A stretch of 64,000 nucleotides of DNA from Massalongia carnosa (GCA_965645245.1 OZ287077.1:1178001-1242000); one strand, 5' to 3'; counted from the stretch's first letter, positions 34,232 through 49,605 are shown. The notes: a model not told the origin generated them from the letters alone. A program made the numbers and translations.

Positions 34232-37200
34232 ATGTCCCTGCATTCGAGTATAAGGAGAATTGTTCAAAGTCATGCCGTGCGCAAAGATTCTCCTGAAAAT
34301 GAAGAACCCCCAGCATCTACCCTTGCTGCTCAGATTGTCGACGATCTTACACGAAACGAAATTCAACCCAAACACCAGGATCGTGAAAAATTTCGTAGGC
34401 TTTTACGGGAAATTCTCGACACAGATGATGATTCTGAAGAGACTGGTCGAGTAATTGAAATCAATCCTAAAATAAATTCTCGACTCATATATGTGGTTGT
34501 TCGGGTTGGTCTTGAAGCGTCATTCAACGGGGATCCATTCGAAAACCAAGATGATCTGAACAAGCAAGCCGTTGAGAGTCTTGCTGTCGTGGAACTGACT
34601 CTCCAACGATGCCCAGCAGTGCTCTTCTCGGTCCTTGGCCAATGTGGGATAGATCTTCAATTTGCCGGTCCCTTCTATCTTTGGCTAGTTCCCAGGCTTT
34701 TTATAATTCTTGGTCGTACTCATGATCAAGACCTTTTGTTGGGTGTTTACAAAGTCTTAAAGCTAATTCTGATGGTGGAAGAAGAGGGTAATATCAGGCA
34801 AGTTCAACAAAATCTTGTGCTCAAATATTTTCAAGGTTGCGTCAAAGGTCTGTGGGAGCAAGAATTTAAAAGTATGAAATCACTATAGCTGACGTTGTCT
34901 TCAAAAGACTTGCTTTACTATATCGAAGATTTGAAATCCAAACAAAATTATGCTCAAATCGCCCGAGAGTTGTTGGTGCCAACTTTAGCGACGGTTTCTG
35001 AGGTGTTTTCACCACAAGTGCAGCAAGCTGATCCTCATATCCCCGTACAAGTGAGTGTGGAAAGCGCGTCACAAGCACACACCATTGGTGTATGCCTTTT
35101 ATCCACAAGCTTGTCTTCTCTATTGCCAGGGGTGAAGCAAACACCAAAAGGTGGGCTGCGATCATTTGAGCTATCTTGGACGCTCGATTGCCTAACACGC
35201 TTTTGGCATACCCTAAAACTTACTCAGGTACCTTTGGCTTCCGAATATCCTGCAAATCAGTGCCTTGCAGTATTTCTGGAGGTGCTGTGTGACGTCTTAC
35301 ATGGGGTCATTAGCATCAAGTACGATGCCACGAACATACTCAGAACTTCAACACTCCTCAGCCAAATTCTGGGGGTTTTAATACGCACATTAGCTGGTGA
35401 ATCGATAGAGGTCTTCGAGAAACAAATTTGTCTAGCGATTTTAGAAATAGTTCGCCTAGGCCAGTATTCTCCTATCGTCTCACAAGTCTTTGAAGAGCAC
35501 CTACTACCAATTCTTGTTGACGCCACAAAAAATCATAATCGCTTTGCGGACTTTGGATGGGATCTTCAGGTATAAACCGATATCCATATAAGTTGTAATA
35601 CGCTTACCCGTAGAAAGCATCTCCTAAATTTCGCTGTTTGCTTTCGTACTCAAAGCGTCAACTTAAATTCGCTGCCTTATCGGGGGAGCCAAAAATTATC
35701 ATTCCGTGATACTCAGTTACAAAACACATATAATAAAGCTTTGGGTGACTTAGACTGTAGTGAGCAGTCTGAAGACCATGACAGACCTCGAAAGAGGGTG
35801 CGACTTTCAGACTCGAGGAATCCAGGATGTAGTGAAGAAGTACGTTCACTAATCTTACAATCACTTTACGATCTGCTTGGTACATATGAAGCCGCTGGCT
35901 TAAGCCTCGCCCAGGTGATCTTGTGGGTGGGCCATTTTTAGTGACTGTATCATACAGCTAACGCGAATAGAAACCGGTTCCCAACATTGTCAGAAGAGGA
36001 TCAGTGTTTGGCCTTTTCCCTCATTGGACGACTTTCTTGTGCCAACACCCAAAGTTTATCATGCCCCGTCCCTTTGAAGGCGAAACCGCTTCTGGGGTAT
36101 AGATGCGCGTTCTGTGATGCCACAACTGGACGTCGTAGATTAGATGGGGTTTGCGAAGATTCAGACCCCAACGACTGGTTTATGACTATTGAGTATTTAC
36201 TCAAATTGCAACAAAAACCGAGGCTAGGAAATTCCCGAATCGCTGCAATGGTTGCGTTGAGACGTTTATTATGCCATTCTTCCAATTATGGCCGTTTGGA
36301 TCTCACGACATACTTGGGTCAGTGGTGCCTACGGGCTCTGCGTAGTTCGTTGCGCGATCTCCGGATTGCTGCTAGGTGATGCAAATAGATGACCTAGGAG
36401 CCTACACTTACTGACTTAATTATAGTCGAACAATCTCTATATTTGTACAAGATGGATTGGATGATGAGATTTTGTCTAATAACCGCATTTGTGCACTAGA
36501 ATCTTTGCGCACTCTCTCAGAGGAAAGTGAACTAGGATTACAGGAGACTTGCATTCTTGCTTGGGGGCAAATCGCTCGGTAGAAGGCTCCCTTCACTAGA
36601 TAAACTTCTAAGTTACTAAACCTAAGTAGTGTCTCAAGTGGTGATGAGTTAAATATTGCATTGCTTCGACTTACAGAGTATCTCGGCCATACTAATCCAT
36701 TGATCTGCGGAGTTTCCTACGATGAGGTCTGTACATTCTCTTGCAGATGAGATGAGATGAGATGAGATGAGATGAGATGAGATGCTAAACTAGCCAAGCT
36801 TCAGAAAATTACAAAGCACTCCCCGTTCCTCGTGGCACAATTTTTCATGCCGTATTGGCGTACTATCGCACCTACAGTGGTTCAAGATTTACACCGCCGT
36901 CCCCAGATCGCCCAGTATATATCAGACCTATTATCAATGAGTGTTGCTGAGTTCTTATGCTTGACACAGGTGCACACAATACCCTATCTTGTCTTAACCA
37001 AAAAGCGAGATATTTTGCAGAAGATTGCGAATGCTTGCAGCCGGACAATAGGGGCATTGTGCATGGACCATAACAACATGGCAGCAATTCTTGCATGCAT
37101 AATGCTGCACTCCTCAAATGATACGGAGCATGTAATTATGAGTTTGCTTAATGAAGTTTCTTCAGAGTTCGGCAGCCTCGGTTGTCTTGAATTAATCAGG

Positions 37201-40200
37201 GCAGAACCAATATTGACAGCTTCTGAGCTGCTGAAGGCAGCTAGCGAAGATAACGCTGCAACAAAGTCGAATGTAAATCTTGTTGTCTAGCTCCCGGCAT
37301 ATACTTTAAACTAATCTGATTTTACAAAGGCACACCAGGCTCTCCGTTTTCTCGCAACATTCACGCACGGCAAACCGGGGTCAAGTCGAGGCACGGCCCG
37401 AAAGACTGATGTAATAGGCCCTTTCTTTGAAACTCATGTTCTAGGCATTATGGCTCACCTCGCAGACACAATCAATGATGGCAAAGGGCCGCAGCCAGTA
37501 TCAGAAAAAATTCGATGCCTGGGTGCAGTTCGAGAGATGATCAAGCTTTCGAAGAGTTATGTTAGCAATGGGCTGCCACAGGTGATATCTGTTACATACA
37601 TCTGTTGGAAGTTTACTGAAATTTTCTCTAGATTTGCGCATGTTTACGATCAGCCATATCCAACCGAGATCTAGCCAATCCAGCTTTCAAAGCCTGGATT
37701 GTGATGATCGGTACGTTAGGTGAAGATGAAATTAGCTCTCTCATAGACCCGACATTTGCAATCATCGCTGAGTATTGGGAATCATTTCATTCAAAGACAC
37801 AAGAACAGGCGCACGATGCGGTGAGTCAACTACTTAAAACTCATGCTAGCATGGTACGCGAATCCGTGCGAACAATTCCTTCTCTCGCATCGATATCACT
37901 TATGTCCAAATTTGAGGAAGAGATCGGTAAAATCAAAGCTCAGATGGACGTCAAACACCAGTATCAAGCATTTAGTGAGCGCTGTCAAAACGAGAATGTC
38001 ACAGTTGTGGGCAGAGCTCTGCTGGAGCTAGAATCTTATCTGAAGAAGAACCAAAAGTTTATACATGAGGCTTCGATGCACGAACAGCCAGATCCAGTTG
38101 TGGCCGCACTAATCAGATCCATTCTTGATGCTTGTGTCCTTTTTAGTGAGTCTCATGAAGACATATCAATGCTATGCGCAAAGTGTATAGGTCTAGTAGG
38201 TTGCCTGGATCCAACTCGAATTGAGGCTATTAGAGATAAAAAAGAGATGCTTATCTTGTCGAATTTTGGAGAAGCTGAAGAGACTAAAGACTTTGTAGTC
38301 TTTTTCTTCCGTGAAGTCTTGGTCAAAGCTTTCCTATCAGCAACCAACCCAAGATCTCAGGGGTTTCTCGCATATGCTATGCAGAAACTGCTAGGATTCA
38401 TCCAGTTCGATACATCGGTTATGATTCGCTCACGAGACCTACCGTTCGATGCGAATTACCATAGATGGGCTCTTCTTCCTGATTCCGTCAAGAATACACT
38501 GACGCCTTTCCTTACTTCCAAATACGTGGTAACGCCAGGGGTTATGCAGAAGCCCTGTAAATACCCTGTGTTCAGTCCAGGCATGCCCCATGGGCTGTGG
38601 CTTCGCACATTTGTTTTCGACCTTCTTTGGAAAGGAGAAGGGGAGAACGTCCAGCGAATATTTCCTGTTCTTAGCCGAATTATTCGAAGTCAAGAAATCT
38701 CTATTTCGGACTTTCTTCTTCCCTTTGCTGCTCTTAACGTTATAGTTAGCGGCACCGAGCCCCAGAAACAGGAGACTGCAGAAGAGATGCTTGCTATTTT
38801 GAACCGCACGCTCCCAGAAAACGAGGTTGCGGCAAGGGATAGCTTGATTTTATGTAGTCAGGTGAGTAGTCGTAATTGAATTCGTTGTGGTTTAACTAAC
38901 TCTGGGATTGAATAGAATATATTTCAAGTACTGGATTACCTTTCTCGATGGATGCAAGAGAAGAAAAAACAAATCGCCAAGTTGAAGATACTAGCCGCAC
39001 GAAATGGTCATCCACCATCCTCTAACGATTACGATAAAGAGGTCTTGCAAATTCAAAAAGTCGAGTCGGTATTGGCTATCGTACCTGCAGAAATTATTTC
39101 ACGTCGTGCTGTGGAATGCAAATCTTTTGCACGTGCCCTGTTCCATTGGGAACAGTATATTCGCCAACGAAAGAACAGAACTCGAGACTCAAAGGAGGCT
39201 GAAGACTTGGAGCCATTATATGAGCGACTACAAGATATATATACGCAGATAGATGAACCTGATGGTATTGAGGGAATATCTGCTCATTTGCAAGTGTTGA
39301 ATATTGACCAGCAAATCCTCGAACATCGAAAAGCAGGACGTTGGACAGCAGCTCAAAGTTGGTATGAGCTACTGCTAACAGAGAGGCCAAGTGATTTGGA
39401 TGTACAGTTCAATCTGTTGACAAGTCTTAAAGAATCTGGCCAGCATGGTGAGTGAAACCCTGCTTGTCTCCGAACACCCATCTAATAGGAAGGGAAGATG
39501 TCCTTCTAAATCAGATTGATGGCTTCCAACCCTCGCTGGCAAGCACTGCGTTGTCCTTACCTTTTGCCGCTGAAGCATCGTGGGTGACAGGGAAATGGGA
39601 CAAATTAAGACAATATTTATTGCCATCTGGGGAAGCTTTTGGAGGAGACTTCAATGTAAGGATTGGTGGGGCGTTGTTGGCGCTGTCCCAAGAAAATTTG
39701 GTTGGATTCTCCGAAGCCATCGATAATTTACGTCACGTCACGGCTAGGAGCCTCTCGGCAATAAACACGTCGTCTCTTCAAGCTTGCCACGAAGCAATGC
39801 TGAGGTTTCACGCTTTGACGGAAGTGGATGCCATTAGTGGCGTATCTGCGGGTGAGAATGATGAAACCTCGACTCTCCTGTCTTCCTTGGATAAAAGATT
39901 AGACTTGCTTGGTGCCTTCGTCTCTGATAAACAATACTTACTTGGACTTCGGCGGGCAACGATGCAGCTTTCAAGGTAAGCAGCGTATCTACTTCTTACA
40001 CAAGCGCTAAAGATCGAAGACGTAATTTTTCCCGCATTGACATTGCATCGGCCTGGTTGAAAACTGCAAAACTGGCTCGGAAAGGCAATTTCACGCATTC
40101 AGCTTTCAATGCTGTGCTTCATGCATCGCAACTGGGAGATGTTTCCGCTACGATTGAGCATTCCCGTCTGCTTTGGAGGGAAGGCCATCATCGTAAAGCC

Positions 40201-42270
40201 ATCCAGAGCTTGGAAGGCGCGATTGCTGCAAACGCTTTCAGGTCGCACGATTATACACAGGCAGAGGAGTCCATGGTTACGACTGTTCAAGGTAGTAAGC
40301 AACAGCAACAAAATCTCGTTAAGGCAAAAGCATACCTGTTATTAGCGAAGTGGGTTGATAGGGCTGGACAAACACAATCCGACATTATCATATCGCAGTA
40401 CAAGAATGCTTTGGAGTCATGTAATCGATGGGAGAAGGGCCATTATTATCTCGGCAAGCATTACAACAAGCTTTTAGAGTCGGAAAAGGCGAAGTCTCCT
40501 GAAAAACAGGCCCAGACTTTCATTACAGGCGAGACCGCGAAGCTGGTAATTGAGAACTATCTCAGGTCATTAGCCTTCGGCGCCAAATATATATATCAGA
40601 CGTTACCAAGAATTTTGACCTTATGGTTGGAGCTTGGATCTGATACAGAAAAATCACTCGATCCCAAATACGGAAATGATGAAAATTTTCGCACCCACAC
40701 CAGTACTCAGCGGCGGAAAATGCTAGGAGCTGTGAACACGCAAGTGAAAAAGTACGTAGATCGCTTGCCGCCCTTTGCTTGGTATACAGCTTTTCCTCAG
40801 TTGGTTGCTCGAATCTGTCAGAACAATCAAGTAATCTACAATCTTCTTGTCGAGATTGTGGTAAAGGTCGTCATTGGCCATCCTCAACAAGCGCTGTGGA
40901 CCTTGTTGGCTGTGGTAAAGTCTTCTTCGAGGGATAGAGCCAGTAGAGGTCAATTCTGCTTGAGCAAAATCGTGGAGACTGGGAAATCCAAGAAACCTGG
41001 ATCCAATGAGATCATGACCCTTGTCGCACAGGCTCAGAAGCTCTCCGATCAGTTACTACGTGTATGCGAGTGTAATATCGAAGGGAAACCAACCATCGTT
41101 AACATTAGAGACCTTGGCTTTAATCATAAATCCGCTCCGTGTAGGATCGCGATACCGTTGGAGTCGATGCTCACTGCCAGTTTACCTACAGCTACGGAAT
41201 ATGTAAACATGAAAAGTCACAAGGCATTCCCCAAAGATATTGTGACAATCATCAGTTTCATGGACGAGGTTTTGGTGCTAAATTCTCTTCAACGACCCCG
41301 GAAAATCAGTATTCGTGGTTCAGATGGCCGTATTTACGCTCTACTCTGCAAACCCAAGGATGACTTACGAAAAGACCAACGCCTTATGGAATTCAATGCC
41401 ATGATTAACCGGTCACTAAAGAAGGATTCAGAGTGCAGCAAACGGCGACTTTACATCAAAACATATGCGGTAACGCCATTGAACGAAGAATGTGGTTTAA
41501 TTGAATGGGTCGACAAGCTAAAGACTCTCCGAGATATCCTGCTGAATGGCTACAAGCAGAAGAACATTCCTATTGTTTACGGAGACCTGAAAGTACTCCT
41601 GATGGACGCGGCCTCTGACAAGAGCCGGCTGCATATCTTCACAGATCGGGTGATATCGAAATTCCCGCCAATCTTCCATGAATGGTTTGTGGAGATGTTC
41701 CCCGAGCCCGGAGCATGGTTTGCCGCTCGACTGCGCTACACGCGTTCTTGTGCTGTCATGTCTGTCGTTGGACATGTCCTTGGTCTTGGTGATCGTCACG
41801 GCGAAAACATTCTTTTCGAAGAAGGCAACGGTGGGACCTTCCACGTGGACTTCAACTGTCTATTCGACAAAGGTCTTACCTTTGAGAAACCCGAGCTGGT
41901 CCCGTTCCGCCTAACCCATAACATGGTGGATGCCTTTGGCGCCTATGGCTATGAGGGACCCTTCCGCAAGTCATGCGAGTTGACGCTGGCAATATTGCGG
42001 CAGAACGAAGACACGCTGATGACCATCCTGGAGACTTTTCTCTACGATCCCACGACCGATTTCATCGGCAAGAAGAAGAAAAAGAGCCCGCATAACGTGC
42101 CCGACACGCCCGAAGGCGTGTTGGAGTCGGTTCGCAACAAGGTCCGAGGGCTCTTACCCCTGGAATCCGTGCCTTTGTCCGTTGAAGGCTATGTACAGCA
42201 CCTGATCCTACAGGCGACGGATCCCTTCAGGTTGGCCTCAATGTATATCGGCTGGTGTGCATTCTTTTGA
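34232..42270 (+). CDS. MEC1: PIKK checkpoint kinase Mec1/ATR (UvsB/Rad3), multi-exon
   Basis: PASTLAAQ N-terminus, UME/HEAT region, FAT (IDEPDGIEGI), kinase KPKDDLRKD and GLGDRHGENIL, FATC MYIGWCAFF; start codon uncertain. Confidence 0.95.
36746..36784. repeat. (GATGA)n pentanucleotide microsatellite in a MEC1 intron
   Basis: 7 perfect units plus GATG, abutting the branch site GCTAAAC. Confidence 0.95.
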
Positions 42271-42882
42271 CCTGCCTTGGGGAATGCTCTTTTGATCGAA
42301 TTGTAGTAATACATAGCAGAAAAACTCATAGGTAACCGATCTCAAAACGTGAACTTTTTATTTTATTTTTGAAACAATCCTCCAAACCCCCTTGGTCCTC
42401 CCGGAAATGGCACATATGTACATACATCCGACGAACCCCTTTTCCGTCAGTAAATGCTAGAAAATCCCTACTTCTATATTTCCATGTCCGTTATACATAC
42501 GTACAGAAGCAAATTTCATGTATTCGTTTGGTCGCTTTGGATTTTCGTCGGGTAGGTAGCCGTGCCAAAGAGAGAGGACAGCAAGGGAAGATATATCATA
42601 CATAAGATACATGATAGATAAATTGCGTAGATCTCAATCTGCTCTATTTTTAAAAAAATAAATAAACATAACCACGAAGAGCATTGGCAGAAATGTCTGG
42701 ACCCGGTCTATGGTATATTACTCTAAATCACTATTTACACTCCGTAAGCTCTAACCCAGACAGACACAGCTGCAGCGTATTAACCAAGAGGCATCCGTTC
42801 CATATAGGTGTGTAGACCATCGAGTTCCATTATTTGCTCTTTTCGCTTTGAGAGTAGCTCCATGGCCTATTAAATTTATCGT

Positions 42883-44007
42883 TCATTGCGCCTTCTTTCC
42901 TTCCTTGGCTGAGTGGCGTTCCCTTCTCTTCCGGGCCGCTTCGGGACCAGACTCGGTATCTAACAAAAGGTCCCACCACCGAAAGCTACTTGAATAATTC
43001 CCAATGAAACGCTCATGGTGGACGTCATGATGATCTGCTCCCGCCCAGAATGGCAAGAAGTGATGTAAACTCCAAGGAAACTCATAACCGCTGTGGGCGT
43101 CAATGGCCTGAAAAAGTCGGCAAACAATCCAAAGGTACATCGTCAAAATGTGCAAATCACCAGTGATTGCGCACCATAGGATTGGAGCGCCGACGGTGCC
43201 AAGGCCAAGAATCATGACCTCTATCGGGGAAGCATACTCAGCGGCTAGGCCAAACGGAGCCGAGTATTGATGGTGAATTTTGTGGATGTTCTTATAGAGA
43301 GGGCCCCAATGAAGTGCCCTATGGGACCAGTAATGCCAGGTATCTTCAACCACGAAGAATACAGCAATTTGATAGAGGATGGTGAGAACCGAGGGAAAAG
43401 GTACACCGGTGGCAAGGCCAAAATATTGGGCCAAGGGGTGGAAAAGCCTAACTGAGTAAGCACAGCGATGGAGACCTTGTAAAATGCAAACCGAACTCTA
43501 GACACCGAGTAGCGAACACGTACCAGATCTGAGGGAGCTCAACGGTAAAATGCGACAAGAGAACGAGTTTGGCGCAACTCCACTGCTCTCGAGCAGTGGG
43601 TATTTTGTGCTAATAAGAGTTTAGTGCATTAATATGGGCCTGGTGACTGGTTGCTTGTGAACAGAACTTACGTTCTGAATCTTGTATTTGTTGAAGTATG
43701 GAATGCGATCAATCATCATCCACGGTAGGGAACGGCCGAAGTACACGAGCTCGTGCATCACGAAGGACATGATCCCAGTGGCAAGGACGTCGTTCTGTAG
43801 ATAGGCATACCACGCGGCCCACAGGCGCTCGAGGACATTAAGATGCACATTGTACTTGGATATCTCGTCGAATTGGCCCCAGTAGGTTTCCGGTGCTTGA
43901 GAGAAGAGGGAAGAGGTGGAATTCCTGGCACAACTCGGTTAGATCAGACGTCCGACGAAGGTATGGATTAGGAAAAACTTGAGACTTCAGAGGATTAGGA
44001 CATACAT
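42883..44007 (-). CDS. ERG25: C-4 methylsterol oxidase (4 exons)
   Basis: His boxes HRALH, HKIHH and [27 protein letters not shown]-terminal KKAQ. Confidence 0.95.
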
Positions 44008-44204
44008 GCCCACAATATGACTCAAGGAGTGAAGGAATAGTCGGTGGGTTTGAGGTTGAGTTCCGTGGAAGGGATAAGAATGTACTCGTATGAGTACGAC
44101 AGCGATAAGTAAAAGTGTCCTGACGATCTTTCTCGGGAACTCACGATCCGATCGGACTAACGATAGTGCGCTATAAACCGAATACGGCCTAGACTAGGTG
44201 CTTA

Positions 44205-45529
44205 CAGTACTAGGTCAAAAGTTTCCGACAGCCCACCATCAACTTTTTACCCCCCCACTGCTTTGAATTATCAACTATCAAGTTGTTATTTTGATGTCTT
44301 GAAACTTCGTACGATGATTACATATATTATAGCAAGCACATTGGGCTGAGAAATATATTTTTAATATTTCGTATACCATCCTTTTGACTGGATGCAAGCT
44401 TCAATCCTCCTTTCCATGCTGTCTACTAAACTCTTCAGCATTTCCTCATCTATCAAGGCCCATGCTTCTTCCAAAGCTTTCCAAAGTACCTCGCGGACCT
44501 ATCATCACCATCAGTCACCGAGTCGATGTCCGGATTGACCTGGTAGACGAGCTTTTTGAGCACGTACCAAACGTGCTCGATGGGATTCAAATCAGGAGAA
44601 TAAGGGGGCCAATCGATAACTGTTATACCGTTTTCATCGAACCATTTCTTCACCTTTTTGGCAGTGTGAATGGGGGCATTATCCTGCATGAAAATGAGAC
44701 CTGGTTCCCAAATTCCAAGCAGATTATCGTTCAATAAGTCCAAATATGAATTCGCGGAGTACCCCATCTTCTTTGCCTCGAAATCGCGGGCCAATTTGTA
44801 AAGATCCGACCTCCCCCCCCAAAAAGCCCCCCATACCATGACCTTAACCTCTTTTCCTTTGCCGTACGGTTGTATCATAGGTTTTTTCGTCCGGAAACCT
44901 GAACACCCATTGACGCTGTTTTCCCGACCCCTTTTCCACCGAGCACTCGTCTGACCATATTATTTTTGACCACTGCTCAAAATTCCACTCACGCCGAAGC
45001 AAGCACCAGTCCAGTCTCTTCTTTGCCACCTCGGGCGTCAATAAAGGTCGCTTTTTAGCCAGCCAGTTTGTTAGACCATAGTCTTTGAGCGTCCGATAGA
45101 GAGTGGATCGACTACATTGCACCTCAACCTCCGTACGCAGCTGCGCGTAGGTGATGCGTGGATTGATTCGCGCAAGTTTGATGATACGTCTTCGATCGCG
45201 GTTCGAAAATATTCCAGGCCGACCCGATCGCGATTTGGACTTTTCGTTGTTGCGTTCTGGGTGCTTTTGAAGAGTGTAAATGACGGTGGTTCGAGGTACA
45301 TTTAATGTCTTTGCAATTTCGGCCGGTGCATGCCCCAACGCTTGGGCTCCAATAATCATACCTCTTTGACATTGATTCAATTCGGTATTACGAGGCTTAT
45401 TACCAGAAATTGAAGTCAACGGAGTGCGTGGCATGGTGAAATGATGAGGTCAAAGTTGATGGGTTGGTAGGTTAAAACGCGAAATCACGAAAATCGCGGG
45501 TAGAGTCGGAAACTTTTGACACGGGACTG
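44205..45529 (-). mobile_element. Tc1/impala-like DNA transposon (element 3) with a frameshifted DD34E transposase
   Basis: 25-bp imperfect TIRs CAGT..GTCAAAAGTTTCCGAC, TA at 44203-44204 and 45530-45531; split ORFs 44844-45434 (WSDE) and 44453-44878 (QDNAPIH, WPPYSPDLNPIE). Confidence 0.93.
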
Positions 45530-45721
45530 TACGTGATTGAGCCTTGTGGGTAACTGCAGAGTAACTCCGTACGCCGTAACTCTTAGGCCTTTGTGCTCCT
45601 GTGCTTCTGCTCCTGTGCTCGGTCATCTGTCACGTTCACTTGTAGAAGACCCCGTGACCCATTCCACCAATTACAGTTCTAGGCCACAGCTATTCAGACG
45701 CTGGAATGCGCATGGGCAATC

Positions 45722-47895
45722 ATGTCCTTCATCATAGAGTAAGATTGAATTTTACTCGCTACATCCAACCGAAAGAAACAGATGTTCTATCGGTTCCGCT
45801 AACCGCTGATCCCCCAAGTCACGTTCGTTTGATCGATTCGCAGCTCGATCAGCTAAACCTGTCAAACTTAAATATTGCGGTGCAGCACGATGCTACCAAA
45901 TCCAAGGCCCATGACCCAGAATGGGCTCGGGTCGTTCAGTTGCAGTTAGCTATCAAATCGCTATCCACGGCTTCTACCTCGCGCGTCCTGCTACATGTTA
46001 CAACCATACAGGATCTGCTGAAACAAGCACAGCGAACAGGTCCTCCAGTGCCTGCTAGTACTGCGGAAATCATTGGTAAGACATCCTTGCAAACACAGGA
46101 GCTAGAATGGCTCCTCGTTGGCAAGGCTACCGCGCAGACCTATGGCTTGATACTTAATGTCCTCCTGGAGCAGATCATACCTCTGAGCAGAGAAATCGGT
46201 TATTGGGATGAAGTGCTGGGTTCATATGCTTACACAGGCCTGTACACGCTGCAAAATACACCGCAAATTCTGTGGCGATGGGTCCGCGACGTATATCGTG
46301 ATGCTCGCCAGAGATTGCAATCCACGCCAGACGCTCGCGTATCGCAGTACTCATGTTCAATCTCTGACCGATGGAGCCACTTTTATGGCCTTGTCAGAGA
46401 ATGCTTACACGAACGGTCTTTGAATAACATGCAGTCGAAGATCCTCTCGCCTTTGACCATGTCCCGTACTGAGGTAAGGCGGAAGCAAAGTCATCTCAAA
46501 CGACTGCGGGAGATGAGCGCTTCGGGCCTCGGCCTGCTCATGGACGAGGGTCTGAACCTTGACATGGAGGACGAGGTCTTCACAACCTCAAAGAGCCAGA
46601 CTCCCGAAGACAGCGAGGAATGGAGAAATATTGTATCAAAAAGCATTGCCTTGATGGAGACAGTTCTTCGGAACGTCACCGTCCTCGAACTTGGGCCTAA
46701 TGAATTTGAGGATACAGTGTTTACAACTTTAGACGATGATCCAGATATCATGCAATATGGAGTGCATGATCAACAGCCTTCAGAAACTGCTAGACTGGCA
46801 ACTCGACTTGAGCAGCTCCTTTGCAAACACCTACCATCCCATGCCGCTGCTACAGAAAAAATCTTGAACGAACATGGTCGGCCCTCGTTGGTAACCCGTT
46901 ATTGGTTCCCGGCATTGGTGTTGTTTCTATCTTCTGGTACCTTGCTGCGCGTGGGCTTCAATCGAAGAGCTAGGATTATTACATGGATTCAGGATTTTGT
47001 TGCAACAACGCGGGATTTCTGGAATAACTGGGTCATGGAACCATCCAAAAAGGTACTCGGCACTATCCGCCACGATCAGGATAGCGAGCTGGCTTTAATG
47101 AGCAAAGGAAGCCTGGAAGGTGACAGAGCCAGCCTCGAGCGCATGGTAGTGGATTTCGCAAAGGACAACCCTCCCAGCGGCGTTGCGCTCAGCGATGTTG
47201 AAATTGCACATGTCAGAGCCAAAGTCAAAGAGGGGGACTTGACCGCAGTGCTCAGGGCTTATGAGAAAGACCTCCGCAAACCGTTCGTTGGTACAATACG
47301 TGGGGACCTCATTCGAGCACTCCTTATCCAGATACAGAAAACAAAGGTTGATGTTGAGGTTGCCATAAGCGGAATCGATGCTCTCTTGAAAAGCCAAGAA
47401 CTCGTGTTTGGGTAGGTTGTCATCAAGCGCTCGCTGAGTCGTGGGCGAAGAACTGAGCTGAAAATCGACAGTTTCGTAGGCTTAACACCTGGGGTGCTTG
47501 TGTGCTTGGGCGTTGGGCGTTGGCTCTGTGGCTTGATCGGAAGTCGTGATGGGAAACACAAGGGCGCAAACAAAGGGCAGACAGTCAGAAGCTTACGGTA
47601 TGTCAGCAACCTCTCCATTTCTTTACGGTGGGTTGAATTGCTTGAAAGGAACATTGATCGGATCCTGAGCGCTTCGACACCATCTCAAAACGGAATGCTG
47701 TCATATAAGGAACATGGCCTCCTTCTATGCGAAGCGCACGTTTTACGACAAGGAGCGGAGCAGGTACTGCCAGGACACATCAATGCCGAGTTTTTGGAGG
47801 AGCTCCGTGACCTAATGGATCTTCGGACGGGCGTTGAGCGGCAAATTCGGGTTGTAGATCGGATCAGGTGGGCCTATTCAAAGTGGTTGCATTAA
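45722..47895 (+). CDS. NCA2: Nca2 (nuclear control of ATPase) family protein (4 exons)
   Basis: ELEWLLVGKATAQTYG, GRPSLVTRYW, GDLIRALLIQIQKTKVDVEVAISGIDALLKSQELVFG; spliced start MSFII/DHVRLID. Confidence 0.9.
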
Positions 47896-48399
47896 CTAAA
47901 TGTAAATCGAGTACACTATGACCGACGGTGAAGTGATTTTGTCGGATTTCCTTTTGATGTGCAAGTAATCTGGAGAGATTTGATCCTATGAGCCATTGCC
48001 GAACCCACCTCTTTATAATGTAACTCCACAGCGTGAAAAAACATCTTACCTTCTGGATATTCCAAGGGATCACATCTCTTAGGCAATCATCCAGGGCGAT
48101 CTGATAATCCACGTAGAGCCATCCAGGCGTCGGTATACAACCTGGACTCGAACACGGGGGTTTTTCCTTCGCTCCACATTACGTTACAGCCTCACTTGAC
48201 TAATCGCCGACCAAACCGTTGACTGTTCGTTCCTTCACAACTCCATTTTCCTTTGCGACGTGTCATCCTTGCGCTGTGGTGCCCGACGATTGGTTGGTCC
48301 TTCAATTTAGATTGTGTGAACGCCCGCTAGTCGCAGACCTCGAACGAAAGACACACCTTACGGAGTCAGGAAGTGTCCTTTCGCGTTTCTCTGTCTTGA

Positions 48400-49201
<802 letters not shown>

Positions 49202-49605
49202 ATGAGAAAGCACCGTCGGCGTCGGTGCGTCCTAGGCTTGTTGACACTTCAAAAATAATAACTTATCGGGAAAGTTGGTCACATTGCATGGCGTGATTGC
49301 AACGGTTCTCGTCGGAAACAAGGCGACATGCCTTGGAGGGTTTTCGCGCGATAGGAGGGCATCAACTGTTCATGTACAGTATATCTATTGCCCGCGGGTT
49401 TTCGCGGGGCGTATTGCAAGATACCTACAAGGCGTTCGTTCACAAAGCACTTGGCTCTCTCCTGTCCACTCGTCTCGAGACCCCAACGTAACAAAAACCG
49501 ATGGTTACGATGCTAATCACCCGTTTCCGCACAGCGCATGCTCGAGAGCTGAGATTTAATAAGATCGGGTACGTTTCCTTCTTGCGATGGTATGTATACA
49601 GGAGA

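Noticed and set aside
27730..42270. CSM3 and MEC1 proximity as a checkpoint gene cluster
   Set aside because: Separated by unrelated genes; compatible with chance in a housekeeping-rich region
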